Positions 25,249 to 37,029 of a stretch of 64,000 nt of DNA are shown here, in pieces. Position 1 is the stretch's first letter; each line of letters opens with the position of its first letter. The position numbers were made by a program, and so were the translations under genes. Source of the stretch: Macrostomum lignano (lineage: Eukaryota); contig NIVC01002732.1 of the NCBI GenBank assembly GCA_002269645.1, positions 62,001-126,000 on the forward strand, read 5' to 3'. Under the pieces are notes generated by a model that did no database searches, had not been told where the DNA came from, and saw nothing but the letters and a program-made list of their open reading frames with translations.

Positions 25249-25855
25249 AAACCTGGCTGCTCCAAACTTTGCCAATCCGAATTCTGGCGTGCCTTAGAGA
25301 AAGAAAGGAAGAAACTGTAAATCTACATTAGTATCGTCGCATTGCTACTTGCAGTAGCTTTCGTGTTTTGTGCAGATTAATGTATTGTATTACGATTTTT
25401 TGTATTTTTTTTCAATTCAAACATTTGTGCTCGATTGTATTTTTTGCTACTTCGAAGTGGCTCATATTGTTTCTACTCTGCTCACGATATTTCTCTAAAC
25501 TAAGTAGTCAACTCTGCGGTTGGAATATTAAATTTGCGCCAAATTTGTTTTACTTGTTATAAAAAATAATAGTTTCTGCTGGGAGTCATTATATAAGTAT
25601 TGTATTAATCTTTGTGCTATGAAATATTTTGGAAGATAATTAAATTAGTTCATGATAATTAAAGTGCAGTCATGTACTATTAATACTGACCTTTAATATA
25701 ACCTATTTGAAGTTCCTTTCTCGATATTTTTCTGCTAAATTCTGCTCATTATTTTTCTAATGATTTATGATTACTGTACTAAATATTTATACTCGTAAGC
25801 TTGTTCGGGCACTTAGTGCTGTATGATATTCATTAATTTTCTCGAACATTCTCAA

Positions 25856-25861
25856 AATAAA
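25856..25861 (+). promoter_or_regulatory. Candidate polyadenylation signal of the RhoGEF gene
   Basis: AATAAA about 600 nt after the stop, in AT-rich sequence. Confidence 0.3.
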
Positions 25862-26097
25862 TCCAAATTGTAATTTACTTTTTGAAATTTTTGTCTAAGT
25901 TATAAGGTAATTGTCCAGCGCCAAGTCATCAAGTTAAAGCCCAATTCTTTTGCTTTACAATACTATAACAATGTATACAATCTGCGCTGTGAGTTTATTT
26001 TGCGTCCTTTTCTATACACTGCCACACGTCTGTTGCCAATATTGCACATTCCATGCCATCTTGTTCGATCGAAACCCGTTCCAATCCTCACCTATTC

Positions 26098-26262
26098 CAA
26101 CCCACCACCCCATTCTCACCCACCACCCCATTCTCACCCACCATCCCATTCTCACCCACCACCCCATTCTCACTCACCACCCCGTTCTCACCCACCACCC
26201 CATTCTCACCCACCACCCCATTCTCACCCACCACCCCATTCTCACCCACCACCCCATTCTAA
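26098..26262. repeat. 18-bp repeat (cccattctcacccaccac) abutting the SINE head
   Basis: Direct reading. Confidence 0.9.
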
Positions 26263-26265
26263 CCC

Positions 26266-26578
26266 AGCAGCCTAGTGGTTAGAGCGTCGGACTCACGACT
26301 TGAAGGTCGGGGGTTCGATTCCCGATCCCACTGAAACAATTTGTGTCCTTGAGCAAGACACTGTAGCTCTGCATTGCTTCAGTTCACCCAGCTGTAAAAT
26401 GGGTGCCAGCATTAGCTGGGGTAATTGAGGGTGTGTGGTGCCCCCCCTCCCAGTCCTTGGACTGAACAGCCGTACGCAGCCTTCAGATGCGCCGCGCAAT
26501 AGCTGCGGCTGAGCTGTCGGTTGCACATCTGCCCTTTGTGGCAGGTCTAATCAATTATTATTATTATTATTATTATTA
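26266..26578 (+). mobile_element. tRNA-derived SINE with CORE-like central domain and (ATT)n tail
   Basis: A-box TAGTGGTTAGAG, B-box GGTTCGATTCC, CORE-like gtgtccttgagcaagacact...ctgtaaaatggg, (TTA)n tail; second copy at 35625-35812. Confidence 0.85.
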
Positions 26579-28009
26579 ACCCAGCACCCCAATCCAACCC
26601 ACACTACCCCACTCTAAACCACCACCCCACCAAAACTCACCACCCCATTCCTATCCATTAACAGTTTATTCCTAATTTTAAATCTACCTGTGCTCATTTT
26701 TCACTGTAATCTTTCGGCCTTAAAAGTCCACAGTCTACTGTGTAACTCTTACACAATAAGCCAATACAAGTACCAATGAAATTTAATTAAAGGTGTAATG
26801 TGTACTTGTATATGATACTTAATGCTAATACTGCACTGTATATGCATAGGTAATATTTGCCTAGGATATTTTCACAGGCATTTTGTGTGACTTGCTCCTG
26901 CGTGTACCTTTACCTAAATACCGCCTAAATTTGTGTTTTTTTGCTCTCTTATCTAATATATATATACATAAACATATCAGAAGCACAGATATCCTGAATA
27001 AGTCAATACTACATATTTAACGTACGATTCACACCTCAATTTCACAGCATCATTGATTTTTTGTGGCCAATTGTTTTCTGATTTTAACAAATGCCCAGTC
27101 AACTACTCGCTCTGCATTGCGCTGAAATTTAAATTGATTGTTCCGTAATTGAACTCTTAGTAATAAATTTATTTAATATTCCAAATGTTCTACTTAAATT
27201 CGTATTGAATAGTAGTGCAATGCGCACATTGAAAGTAATTTTCAAACCATTGTAACAAAACAACATCTGGAAATTGAATTGCAATTCAACTGCCTCGCCA
27301 AGTTGAAGTGATTAACTACGAGTAGAATATTTTGAAAGATTACTAATCGATAATATCGACATACATTCGCACAATTGATTGTCGCGTCTTTCATCTTGTT
27401 GGCAACTCAATATTCTCTCCGCTTCGATTGCTTCCTTCCTTCCTTCCTTCCTGTCTTGCTGCCCTCTTCAAATGCGCCTGCTACACTCTACTATTCAAGT
27501 TAGTAGTAAGATAGGTAAACTTGTTCTTTTTCGTTTATTGTATCAATTTGTTTTTAAGCTCCCGCCATTGCTTAATATGCTGTTGCTATTTAATATTGTT
27601 CATACATGCATACGTATGATTATAAATATAATTATATATATTGCTGGCATTAACTTCAGTCTGGTTATTTATCAATTGATTTTTTGTTTAACTGTTCGCC
27701 TCAATTTCTTGTAGGCCATGTCTTATAGAGCAAATTATCCTATAGCTTCAGAGTTGGAACTGCAAATTTGAAAATTTTAATTGCATCATTCATTACCTAT
27801 CTGTGTGCAGTGTTTTTTTTCAGTTGGCTAATTACTTTCTACGAATGAACTACGCGTGTCTTTCAATTTGTAAACTCTACTCGATTTGAAGCTCCAGAAA
27901 ATGGACAAAATTTTATGCGCAGATGAGGCCAATTAGGAGAGCTGCTTTCATGGTAATTGCTGGAACAGAGCGCAACTGTGCATTGTTCTCCGACTCTGCT
28001 GAGCCACAG

Positions 28010-29135
28010 AATATCGCCACTAATCCACCCTGAGAATCGCCACTAATCCACCTTGAAGATCGCCCCTAATCCATCCTGAGAATCGCCCCTAATCCACCCT
28101 GAGAATCGCCACTAATCCACCTGGAAAAGCGCCCTAATCCATCCTAAGAATCGCCCCTAATCCACCTTAAAAATCGCCACTAAACCACCTGAGAATCGCC
28201 ACCAAAATAGCCTAAGAATCGCCCCTAATCCACCTTGAGAATCGCCACCAAAATAGCCTAAGAATCGCCCCTAATCCACCCTGAGAATTTCCACTAATCC
28301 ACCTTGAAGATCGCCCCTAATCCATCCTGAGAATCGCCCCTAATCCACACTGAGGATCGCCCCTAATCCACTCTGAGAATCGCCCCTAATCCACTCTGAA
28401 AATCGCCCCTAATCCACACTGAGAATCGCCCCTAATCCATCCTGAGAATCGCCCCTAATCCACCCTGAGAATCGCCACTAATCCACCTTGAAAAGCGCCC
28501 TAATTCATCCTAAGAATCGCCCCTAATCCACTTTAAAAATCGCCACTAAACCAACTGAGAATCGCCACCAAAATAGCCTAAGAATCGCCCCTAATCCACC
28601 TTGAGAATCGCCACCAAAATAGCCTAAGAATCGCCCCTAATCCACTCTGAGAATCGCCCCTAATCCACCCTGAGAATCGCCCCTAATCCACCCTGAGAAT
28701 CGCCCCTAATCCACCCTGAGAATCGCCACTAATCCACCTTGAAGATCGCCCCTAATCCATCCTGAGAATCGCCCCTAATCCACCCTGAGAATCGCCACTA
28801 ATCCACCTTGAAAAGCGCCCTAATCCATCCTAAGAATCGCCCCTAATCCACCTTAAAAATCGCCACTAAACCACCTGAGAATCGCCACCAAAATAGCCTG
28901 AGGATCGCCCCTAATCCACACTGAGGATCGCCCCTAATCCACTCTGAGAATCGCCCCTAATCCACACTGAGAATCGCCCCTAATCCACACTGAGAATCGC
29001 CACTAATCTATCTTGAGATTCGTCCCGAATCCACCTTGAGAATCGCCACTAATCCACCTTCGAATCGCCCCTATCCATCCACCCTGAGAATCGCCACTAA
29101 CCCACCCTGAGAATTGCATCTAAGCTGCCATGATA
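28010..29135. repeat. 23-bp minisatellite with higher-order blocks (aatccaccctgagaatcgcccct)
   Basis: Direct reading. Confidence 0.95.
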
Positions 29136-29569
29136 ATCGCCCTTAAACCAAAGCTGAATATAGAAGTAATTTACCATGGGAAATCGAGTGCTATCGTAAA
29201 AAGTTGATTTTGAAATGCGCAGGCGTGGCCATTCTCAACTTAATTATTTACAGAAGTGGAAAGCAGCCGCCTCACCTGGCCAATTTACTGGTGCAATTAA
29301 TACAACTTTTCTGCGCAAAAAATTCCACAAATTACTTTCTTCGTAGCTAATTTTCTTTCTTACAAAAGATGAGAATGCGGTGGTCGATGGATCGTGAGAC
29401 TAAAAAAGTATATATTGCCGGTATCGGTGTAGAAAATTTAGATAACATCTTGCTTGAAGAAAGCCAGCGTTGCTTTTATGCAATCATTTTCGCCGTTCAT
29501 TTGACTTTATTAACTGTAAGTTTGTATTGCATTTGGCATCTGGGCGTATTGCACACGTCTGACACAAAC

Positions 29570-29960
29570 ACGATTGCTGACACACCTGTCTGACATAGAG
29601 AGACCATCTCTCTGATTGCTGACACACCTGTCTGACGTAGAGAGACCATCTCTCTGATTGCTGACACACCTGTCTGACATAGAGAGACCATCTCTCTGAT
29701 TGCTGACACACCTGTCTGACATAGAGAGACCATCTCTCTGATTGCTGACACACCTGTCTGACATAGAGAGACCATCTCTCTGATTGCTGACACACCTGTC
29801 TGACATAGAGAGACCATCTCTCTGATTGCTGACACACCTGTCTGACATAGACCATCTCTCTGATTGCTGACACACCTGTCTGACATAGAGAGACCATCTC
29901 TCTGATTGCTGACACACCTGTCTGACATAGAGAGACGATCTCTGATTGCTGACACACAGA
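29570..29960. repeat. 42-bp minisatellite
   Basis: gattgctgacacacctgtctgacatagagagaccatctctct, about 9 copies. Confidence 0.95.
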
Positions 29961-30008
29961 GGCAGTCTAATTAGTGACACAGGTTTCTAACATCCTCAGC
30001 TCAGACAG

Positions 30009-30326
30009 GTCATGTCGGAGCTGGCACTCCGTTCGAATGTGTTCTGCCTGCCGCCGTTCGCTAACAAGCCAGCTGCGGCCTCATCAAGCCAGGCAGCTGA
30101 GGCCTACAAACCCCTGCTGTCCCGGCACGGCAATCTTCGATCCGTGAACCAAGAATCCAGCGGCGGTCCGGTGTCGCACTATCGACCGTCGGTGAAAACA
30201 TTTAAAGAAGCTGGGGAAAATTCCAACAGCAGGTGTCAACAGTACATGGCTGATGAGGCGCTGCAGGACCGGCAGAGACAGCCGCACCTGTGCCAGAGGC
30301 GTCAGTTTCCTGGAAAGCAACGCTAG
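30009..30326 (+). CDS. Possible orphan coding exon/ORF, product unknown
   Basis: GC-rich non-repetitive island between satellites; cag acceptor before GTC ATG; 104-aa ORF with no recognised motif; strand uncertain. Confidence 0.3.
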   Translation, partial: VMSELALRSNVFCLPPFANKPAAASSSQAAEAYKPLLSRHGNLRSVNQESSGGPVSHYRPSVKTFKEAGENSNSRCQQYMADEALQDRQRQPHLCQRRQFPGKQR

Positions 30327-30634
30327 ACAAGTTTCTCTCTCGCCCCCACCCCCCAATGCAAGGGGGGCTGTTTGACTGACAAGTTGGAATTAGCTTGGGG
30401 TTGTTGCTCAGTTTTTTTCACATCATATAGCTAACACGTTAGCTGTATCTTAACCGGACTCGTATTATTAATATTTCTTGTGCCCACACCCTAAAATGTC
30501 AATAATTATTGACTAATTTGTTTAAGCTGCTGGTCTATCAATAAATCATAAAATATTTATAATCATCTATGCTCATTATTCCTATGTCATCAGCAATAAG
30601 TTCTGACTGTGCTAGTAAATGTGATCGTAAAGTC

Positions 30635-31800
30635 AGAGATTTGATTCAGTGACAAAAGAACAGAGATTAGAGATTCAATGACACAATAAGAGAGATTAGA
30701 GATTCAGTGACACAAGAACAGAGATTAGAGATTCAATGATACAATAAGAGAGATTAGAGATTCAGTAACGCAAGAAGAGAGAGTTGAGATTCAGTGACGC
30801 GAGAAGAGAGAGATTAGAGATTCAGTGACGCGAGAAGAGAGAGATTAGAGATTCAGTGACGCAAGAAGAGAGAGTTGAGATTCAGTGACACGAGACGAGA
30901 GAGATTAGAGATTCAGTGACACGAGAAGAGAGAGATTAGAGATTCAGTGACACGAGAAGAGAGAGATTAGAGATTCAGTGACACAAGAAGAGAGAGATTA
31001 GAGATTCAGTGACGCGAGAAGAGAGAAATTAGAGATTCAGTGACACAAGAAGAGAGAGATTAGAGATTCAGTGACGCGAGAAGAGAGAGATTAGAGATTC
31101 AGTGACACGAGACGAGTGAGATTAGAGATTCAGTGACACGAGAAGAGAGAGATTAGAGATTCAGTGACACGAGAAGAGAGATTAGAAATTCAGTGACACT
31201 AGAAGAGAGAGATTAGAGATTCAATGACACAAGAAGAGAGATTAGAGATTCAGTGACGCAAGAAGAGAGAGAGATTAGAGATTCAGTGACACGAGAAGAG
31301 AGAGATTAGAGATTCAGTGACGCGAGAAGAGAGAGATTAGAGATTCAGTGACACGAGACGAGTGAGATTAGAGATTCAGTGACACGAGAAGAGAGAGATT
31401 AGAGATTCAGTGACACGAGAAGAGAGAGATTAGAGATTCAGTGACACGAGACGAGTGAGATTAGAGATTCAATGACACAAGAAGAGAGAGATTAGAGATT
31501 CAGTGACGCGTGAAGAGAGAGATTAGAGATTCAGTGACGCGAGAAGAGAGAGATTAGAGATTCAATGACACGAGAAGAGAGAGATTAGAGATTCAGTGAC
31601 ACGAGAAGAGAGAGATTAGAGATTCAGTGACACAAGAAGAGAGAGATTAGAGATTCAATGACACAAGAAGAGAGATTAGAGATTCAGTGACACGAGAAGA
31701 GAGAGATTAGAGATTTAGTGACACGTGAAAAGAGCGATTAGAGATTCTATATGTTATTCAAGGGATTTGAAGAGAGATTAGAGACTTTGTGCCATGAGAA
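30635..31800. repeat. 31-33-bp purine-rich minisatellite (gagattagagattcagtgacacgagaagaga)
   Basis: Direct reading. Confidence 0.95.
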
Positions 31801-32189
31801 AAGAATAGAGATTAGAGATTCAGCGTAAAAACGAGAAGTCAATTAGGGAGTTGGAGCAATGCTTTTACCAAAAGCATCACTAAGCTGTAAAAATGTCCGC
31901 AGAGCATGAAAACTCTGCAGCCAGCAAGAAAATTAACTTACCTGGTAATCAGGTATGAAGTCCCGGCTTCTGGAGTTGGCCACAAAAATTCATTTCTCTA
32001 TTGGGAATTCCCGGCAAAGTGCATAAGCATAAATTAGATTAACAATTCTTGCCCGGAAAGCCTCGATGTAGCTTAGCTGCCGTTGGATAATTTCAGCCGA
32101 ACTTCGGCTTTTTATTGCCCGATTTTTTATTAGCGGGATTTGTCACTTTGCTTTCTTAGATTTGTAACATACAGTCACTATAGACGGTT

Positions 32190-32337
32190 AGACTCACAAA
32201 CAGACAGACAAACAGACATGCAGACAGAGAGATAGACACTAAGATAGACAGACACAGACAGACAGACAGAGACAGACAGACAGAAAGACAGACAGACAGA
32301 CAGACAGACACTAAGACAGACAGACAGACAGACAGAA

Positions 32338-32392
<55 letters not shown>

Positions 32393-32579
32393 TAGATAGA
32401 CACTAAGACACATAAGACGGACAGACAGACAGACAGACAGAAAGACAGACAGACAGACAGACAGAAAGACAGACAGACAGACAGACAGAAAGGCAGACAG
32501 ACAGACAGACAGACGGACAGACAGACAGATAGATAGACACTAAGACACATAAGACGGACAGACAGACAGACAGACAGAA

Positions 32580-32658
<79 letters not shown>

Positions 32659-32659
32659 A

Positions 32660-32710
<51 letters not shown>

Positions 32711-32850
32711 TAGATAGACACTGAGACACATAAGACGGACACTGAGACACTCAGATGGACACTGAGACACTCAGATGGACACTGAGACACTCAGATGGAC
32801 ACTGAGACACTCAGATGGACACTGAGACACATAAGACGGACACTGAGACA
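32190..32850. repeat. (CAGA)n microsatellite grading into a 20-bp repeat (ctgagacactcagatggaca)
   Basis: Direct reading. Confidence 0.95.
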
Positions 32851-34209
32851 GCCGGAACGACACCACAGCTAAGTGCGCCGAGAAAGTGACAATCCCCGAA
32901 TTCTGTTGGCTATTAAAAGTGCATTCGCAGGACAAAATTCTGCTGACGTCAGAGGCTGCACAGCGGTAGCAATGCAGGTTGCCCTGGATTGTCCATGAAT
33001 GACCAATTATCCTGCTAGAAACTTATAGGAAGAGGATCGGAGCGAAAGCATTGTAAAAAAGGCGAGCGAGAGCCGCAGAAGGGACCTTAGAAAGTTTCCT
33101 TCGCATCCCGCAACTCCTCTCCAGTCGAAGTCTGTGCAGGCTTTCCTCTGACGCGTCCTAAAGTGCAGTCAGTAGTTGGCCTATTTTTAGCCAGCAACCC
33201 AGGGCACCGGAGTCGTGGAATACTGCTCCTTGTGATCTGGGGAGGGACACCGTTTCAGCTACCAGTTCCAACTCTTCCTGAAGCTGCTTTCCTTTATATT
33301 TTTCACACTTTTACTCGTAGCCGATGAGTTCGGTGTCTGCTGGAAGACCTATTGCACCCTGTTCCCGCACTTGTTCCTGACTTGAGTTGCCACTAAGCTG
33401 GATGTGAAGTGGATGAAGAAGTTACCTGGATTAAATATCTTTCCAGAAACTCCGCATATTGTCCCAATGGAAAACCATTGCTGCTCAAGCTGACCAAGCA
33501 GTTTAATTGTCGCTGGTCTTCGGTATCAAATCCGGTCTTTCACCTGCCGGATTAGTAGGTAGATGTCTCCCCGAAAGCTGATTGTCTGGGTGGGCTTTGG
33601 ACAGGGCGTCCTTGATTTTCCAATCCAGATGTTGTTAACACGAGAGCTCCAGGAGCATTTCGGATAGGGCAGTATGTGTACTGCAAATGATAATAAATAT
33701 TCCCAATACACACTCGATCCGTTTAATCGCCAAGTTCCCACCAGCCTGAAGTGGAAAATCTTTTTTAGACCACCATCGCCCTCGATAAGCCCCTGCCTTA
33801 CCCCCCCCCCACCCTCCATTCTGGGCCTCTCTCGCCTGCGCAATTGGAAAAGATTTCTTCACCAAGCCGAGGAACCCAAAAAGGCAATGCAAGCGGAGCG
33901 CGTTGCTTTTTATACTTCCGGGATTGCGTTTGCTTGAACGGCCGTTGGGTTGGGAGAAAGGCGCTGTGGGGTAAGCGGGGTCAGAAATCCAGGGCCTTGT
34001 CCGAGCCAATTGGGGTTGAAGGAATTAGAGGAACACAAATTCGACTGCGGGTATATCTCTGTATGTGTGTCCAAATCCGCTGGAGGGAGTGGGGCAGGAC
34101 TTTTGCACTTTTAGCTCGTATAAGTCGCAGATCCCAAAGCGCGTTGCATGGTCTCGGGATGGATTTTAGAAAAAGGATCATTGTAGCCCGTCTTCTTCTG
34201 GCGCAGGCC

Positions 34210-34236
34210 TAGGGTTAGGGTTAGGGTTAGGGTTAG
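34210..34236 (+). repeat. Interstitial telomeric repeat (TTAGGG) x about 4.5
   Basis: tagggttagggttagggttagggttag. Confidence 0.9.
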
Positions 34237-34435
34237 CCCCAAGCAGGAAGTTTGGCGTTCTTCCGCGTGTCTGAAAAAAGGAATCGACAAAACTGGTCGG
34301 TCGAATTCTACTGGACGCGAAGGCTGCACGAGAGGGCTCGCCCAGCCCCACCGCCGCCTCCCCGGTGGGGATAAATTATAACTCTCTATTTCCCGTGTCT
34401 AGGTCGATAACACGTCACAGTTCAATTCCCTAATA

Positions 34436-35398
34436 ATGGGCTCCAGCAGCTCAGCATTGAGTAGGCGTACTCAACAGTTGTCAATATTGGACGAGTTTCA
34501 AGTTCAATCGATGAGATCAGACGAACTCGATGGCTTGGAGGTGGCAACAGCAGGTGACGATCAACAACAATTCGAGTTTTCCCTGAGCCGCTTACCCTAC
34601 GAGTGTCTGTGTAGGATCTCTTCTCATTTGAGCAGCGACGACTTGCTCAGCCTGTGCCAGACCAGCCCGGAGAACTGCAGACTGTTCGGCGCCGAGGTGT
34701 TCTGGACGTCGGCTGGACCGCGATCCAGCTCCAGAGAATCGCTGTACGAATCATTGAACCACGCGTTGGAACGGAAGCTCTGCATCCCTGTGGAGAGTCT
34801 AAACAATGGCACCTACCTGCCGTCGCTTGAAGAAGCAGACAGCTACTCTGGGCGAGTTGTCTACCTGCACGATTTGAACTGCCGCAATGCAGCGGTTGTC
34901 GCGGGCTCCGGCAGGTCCGGCATCGGATCAGAGGGCAGCCGTCTGAGCATTCACGACTACGTGCCGGGCCTGCCTAAAGGCACCTATCAGGTGACTCTGC
35001 GGGCGAAACTCGGTGCTCACTGGCGCCTACAGGGTGTCACTGAGGTGCTGCTGGTGCCGGATGCGCCCAGGCTCGACTGCCTGCTCCGAGCTCGCATTCC
35101 CGAGCGGAAGTGGCGCAGTCTGGCCTTCAGACACGGCTTCGAGCGCTGGTTCTGCCTTCGACTCGGCCGCCTGAGCCTGCCGCGCTGCAGCGGCATCCGA
35201 GTACAGATTGTCAACAGCCGGATTAGCAAGAGCCATCTGAAGGAGGGCGTCTATTTGGACTGCATCGAGCTGACGCCGCTGGACTGCCCCGTCGCTGAGT
35301 TTGTCGGCTATCGTCGGACGAGACGAAAAGATGAAGCAGGCGCCGCCGCCGTCGCCGCCACGGATGCTGCAGCAGAAGCTTATTGCCAGGTGTTGTGA
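34436..35398 (+). CDS. F-box protein with N-terminal myristoylation-like motif and C-terminal PP2/Nictaba-like lectin domain (320 aa, single coding exon)
   Basis: Uninterrupted GC-rich ORF. MGSSSS start; F-box LSRLPYECLCRISSHLSSDDLLSLCQTS; PP2-like GLPKGTYQVTLRAKL...WFCLRLGRL...HLKEGVYLDCIELTPL. A 5'UTR acceptor (tttcccgtgtctag) ends at 34402. Confidence 0.8.
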   Translation: MGSSSSALSRRTQQLSILDEFQVQSMRSDELDGLEVATAGDDQQQFEFSLSRLPYECLCRISSHLSSDDLLSLCQTSPENCRLFGAEVFWTSAGPRSSSRESLYESLNHALERKLCIPVESLNNGTYLPSLEEADSYSGRVVYLHDLNCRNAAVVAGSGRSGIGSEGSRLSIHDYVPGLPKGTYQVTLRAKLGAHWRLQGVTEVLLVPDAPRLDCLLRARIPERKWRSLAFRHGFERWFCLRLGRLSLPRCSGIRVQIVNSRISKSHLKEGVYLDCIELTPLDCPVAEFVGYRRTRRKDEAGAAAVAATDAAAEAYCQVL

Positions 35399-35624
35399 CA
35401 ACTAACTGCTATTGCGTTGGAGCGACTTTTCCTAGTGACACGCGGATGTCACTTGGGAGCAAATTTGCTTAAACCTGGGTTAGACTGACTTCAGCCAGCT
35501 AAACTAGGGTATGCCATGGTAAAACTTGGGTAAACTGACATAAATCATGATTAAACCTGGGAGTACACTAGCGTAAACTGGGGTAGACTATGGTAGACTG
35601 CTGTAAACTACTGGTTAGTTATGT

Positions 35625-35812
35625 AATAACAAATAATTGATTACACCTGCCATCTGAACAGCTGCGTACTGGGGGGTCGCCAAAAACACCCTCAATTACC
35701 CATTTTACAGCTGGGTGAACTGAAGCAATGTAGAGTTAAGTGTCTTGCTCAAGGACACAAATTGTTCCGAGCGGGTCAATAATCGAACCCCGACCTTTCA
35801 ATCGTAAGGTTG
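35625..35812 (-). mobile_element. Truncated, internally deleted copy of the same SINE
   Basis: Reverse complement shares aacaatttgtgtccttgagcaagacact...ttgcttcagttcacccagctgtaaaatggg and the 3' end gcagg..taatcaattatt with 26266-26578. Confidence 0.85.
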
Positions 35813-36680
35813 TTCGCGTAGATTTTAAAGTCAATGTCAAACTGGAGCATCACACACAGGAAGTTCAGACTACAATTATGTATCGTAGATAGTTGGAAGG
35901 AGAGCATTTTCGGGGCTAAACGATTTTTGTGGAATACGTAGCTTTACCTGTAGTTATAGGTACGCATAAGGAATGTAGAAAGAGGTGCGTTGTAAAAAAG
36001 TCACATTTGGAAGCAGACGGTTCAAATGTTTTGTAATTTTAACACTGGCGCTTTGTTACAACTTTTAGATTTTAATAATGTTTGCGTCAAGTCCCTTTTA
36101 AATGTTCCTTCCATAGTTTTTGTATATTCTCCACAGCCTCTACTTGCTACTGAATGCGATGAGTAGACGACTCGCGTGTTCGCATAGATTTTAGATAAGA
36201 CTTGGTTTCGTAGAAATTAAAATTATGTATTTTTCTAAGTCTACTGCAAAGCTTTACAAATAAATAAAAATATTTAAGACTATCGTTTATGTGGCTTTTC
36301 TACGAAATAAAACTAAATATTTCAATTTTCATTATTGATTATTATATCAATTGTAGGAATTATGCATGCCCATTACTTTATTGTTTTTCCATAATTATAA
36401 CAAAATAGTATTTTGCTTATGAAACAGAAGAAATTATTGTGAAACCTGATGCACGATTACTACTACTACTACTATTACTACTACTAGCTCGTAAATGTAA
36501 TATACCTACTGTAAAATGCATCATATCAGTTACTTTAATCACGCACGCGACTTTAGCATGACCTCATTAACTCACAAATCCAGTGCTCAAGGCAACAGTA
36601 AACTACCCAGCAGCCAACGAGCAGTCAAGTCCATCCCGCTGACCCCGAGCACGCCACATAGATAAAGCACTCAGACACAC

Positions 36681-36832
36681 CTCGCACATGGTGTACAGCG
36701 GCGCAGGCTTGTACACTTTCTGAGCTTGGGGCTTGGCTATGTAGTACTCGTGCCTGTGAGTCCCATACATTTGATCCACTCGGCTGGGATTATGCAATAC
36801 ACGATTGTTCGGGTGCAGCAGACTTAAGCAGG
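36681..36832 (-). CDS. Possible orphan exon (LLHPNNRVLHNPSRVDQMYGTHRHEYYIAKP...MCE)
   Basis: Open frame, GAG|gtgtgt donor; acceptor weak; partner exons not established. Confidence 0.25.
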
Positions 36833-37029
36833 CTTAAGGAATGAAAACTGATTCCCGAAGCAGTCAGCTGTTCCACCACCTGCTTCATTTAATATTACTT
36901 TTTTTCTAAACAGAATTTATATGAGGAATATTCATTAACTAGAAAAAATAAGAAAGAAATAGTTATGTGCACCCCTAAGTGTTTTCTCAGAATCTTTAAT
37001 GTAGAAATTAAATTAAACCTGTGTAACAA

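Noticed and set aside
26266-26335. tRNA gene
   Set aside because: A and B boxes are present, but no proper acceptor stem was evident and it continues into a SINE body and tail with a second genomic copy.
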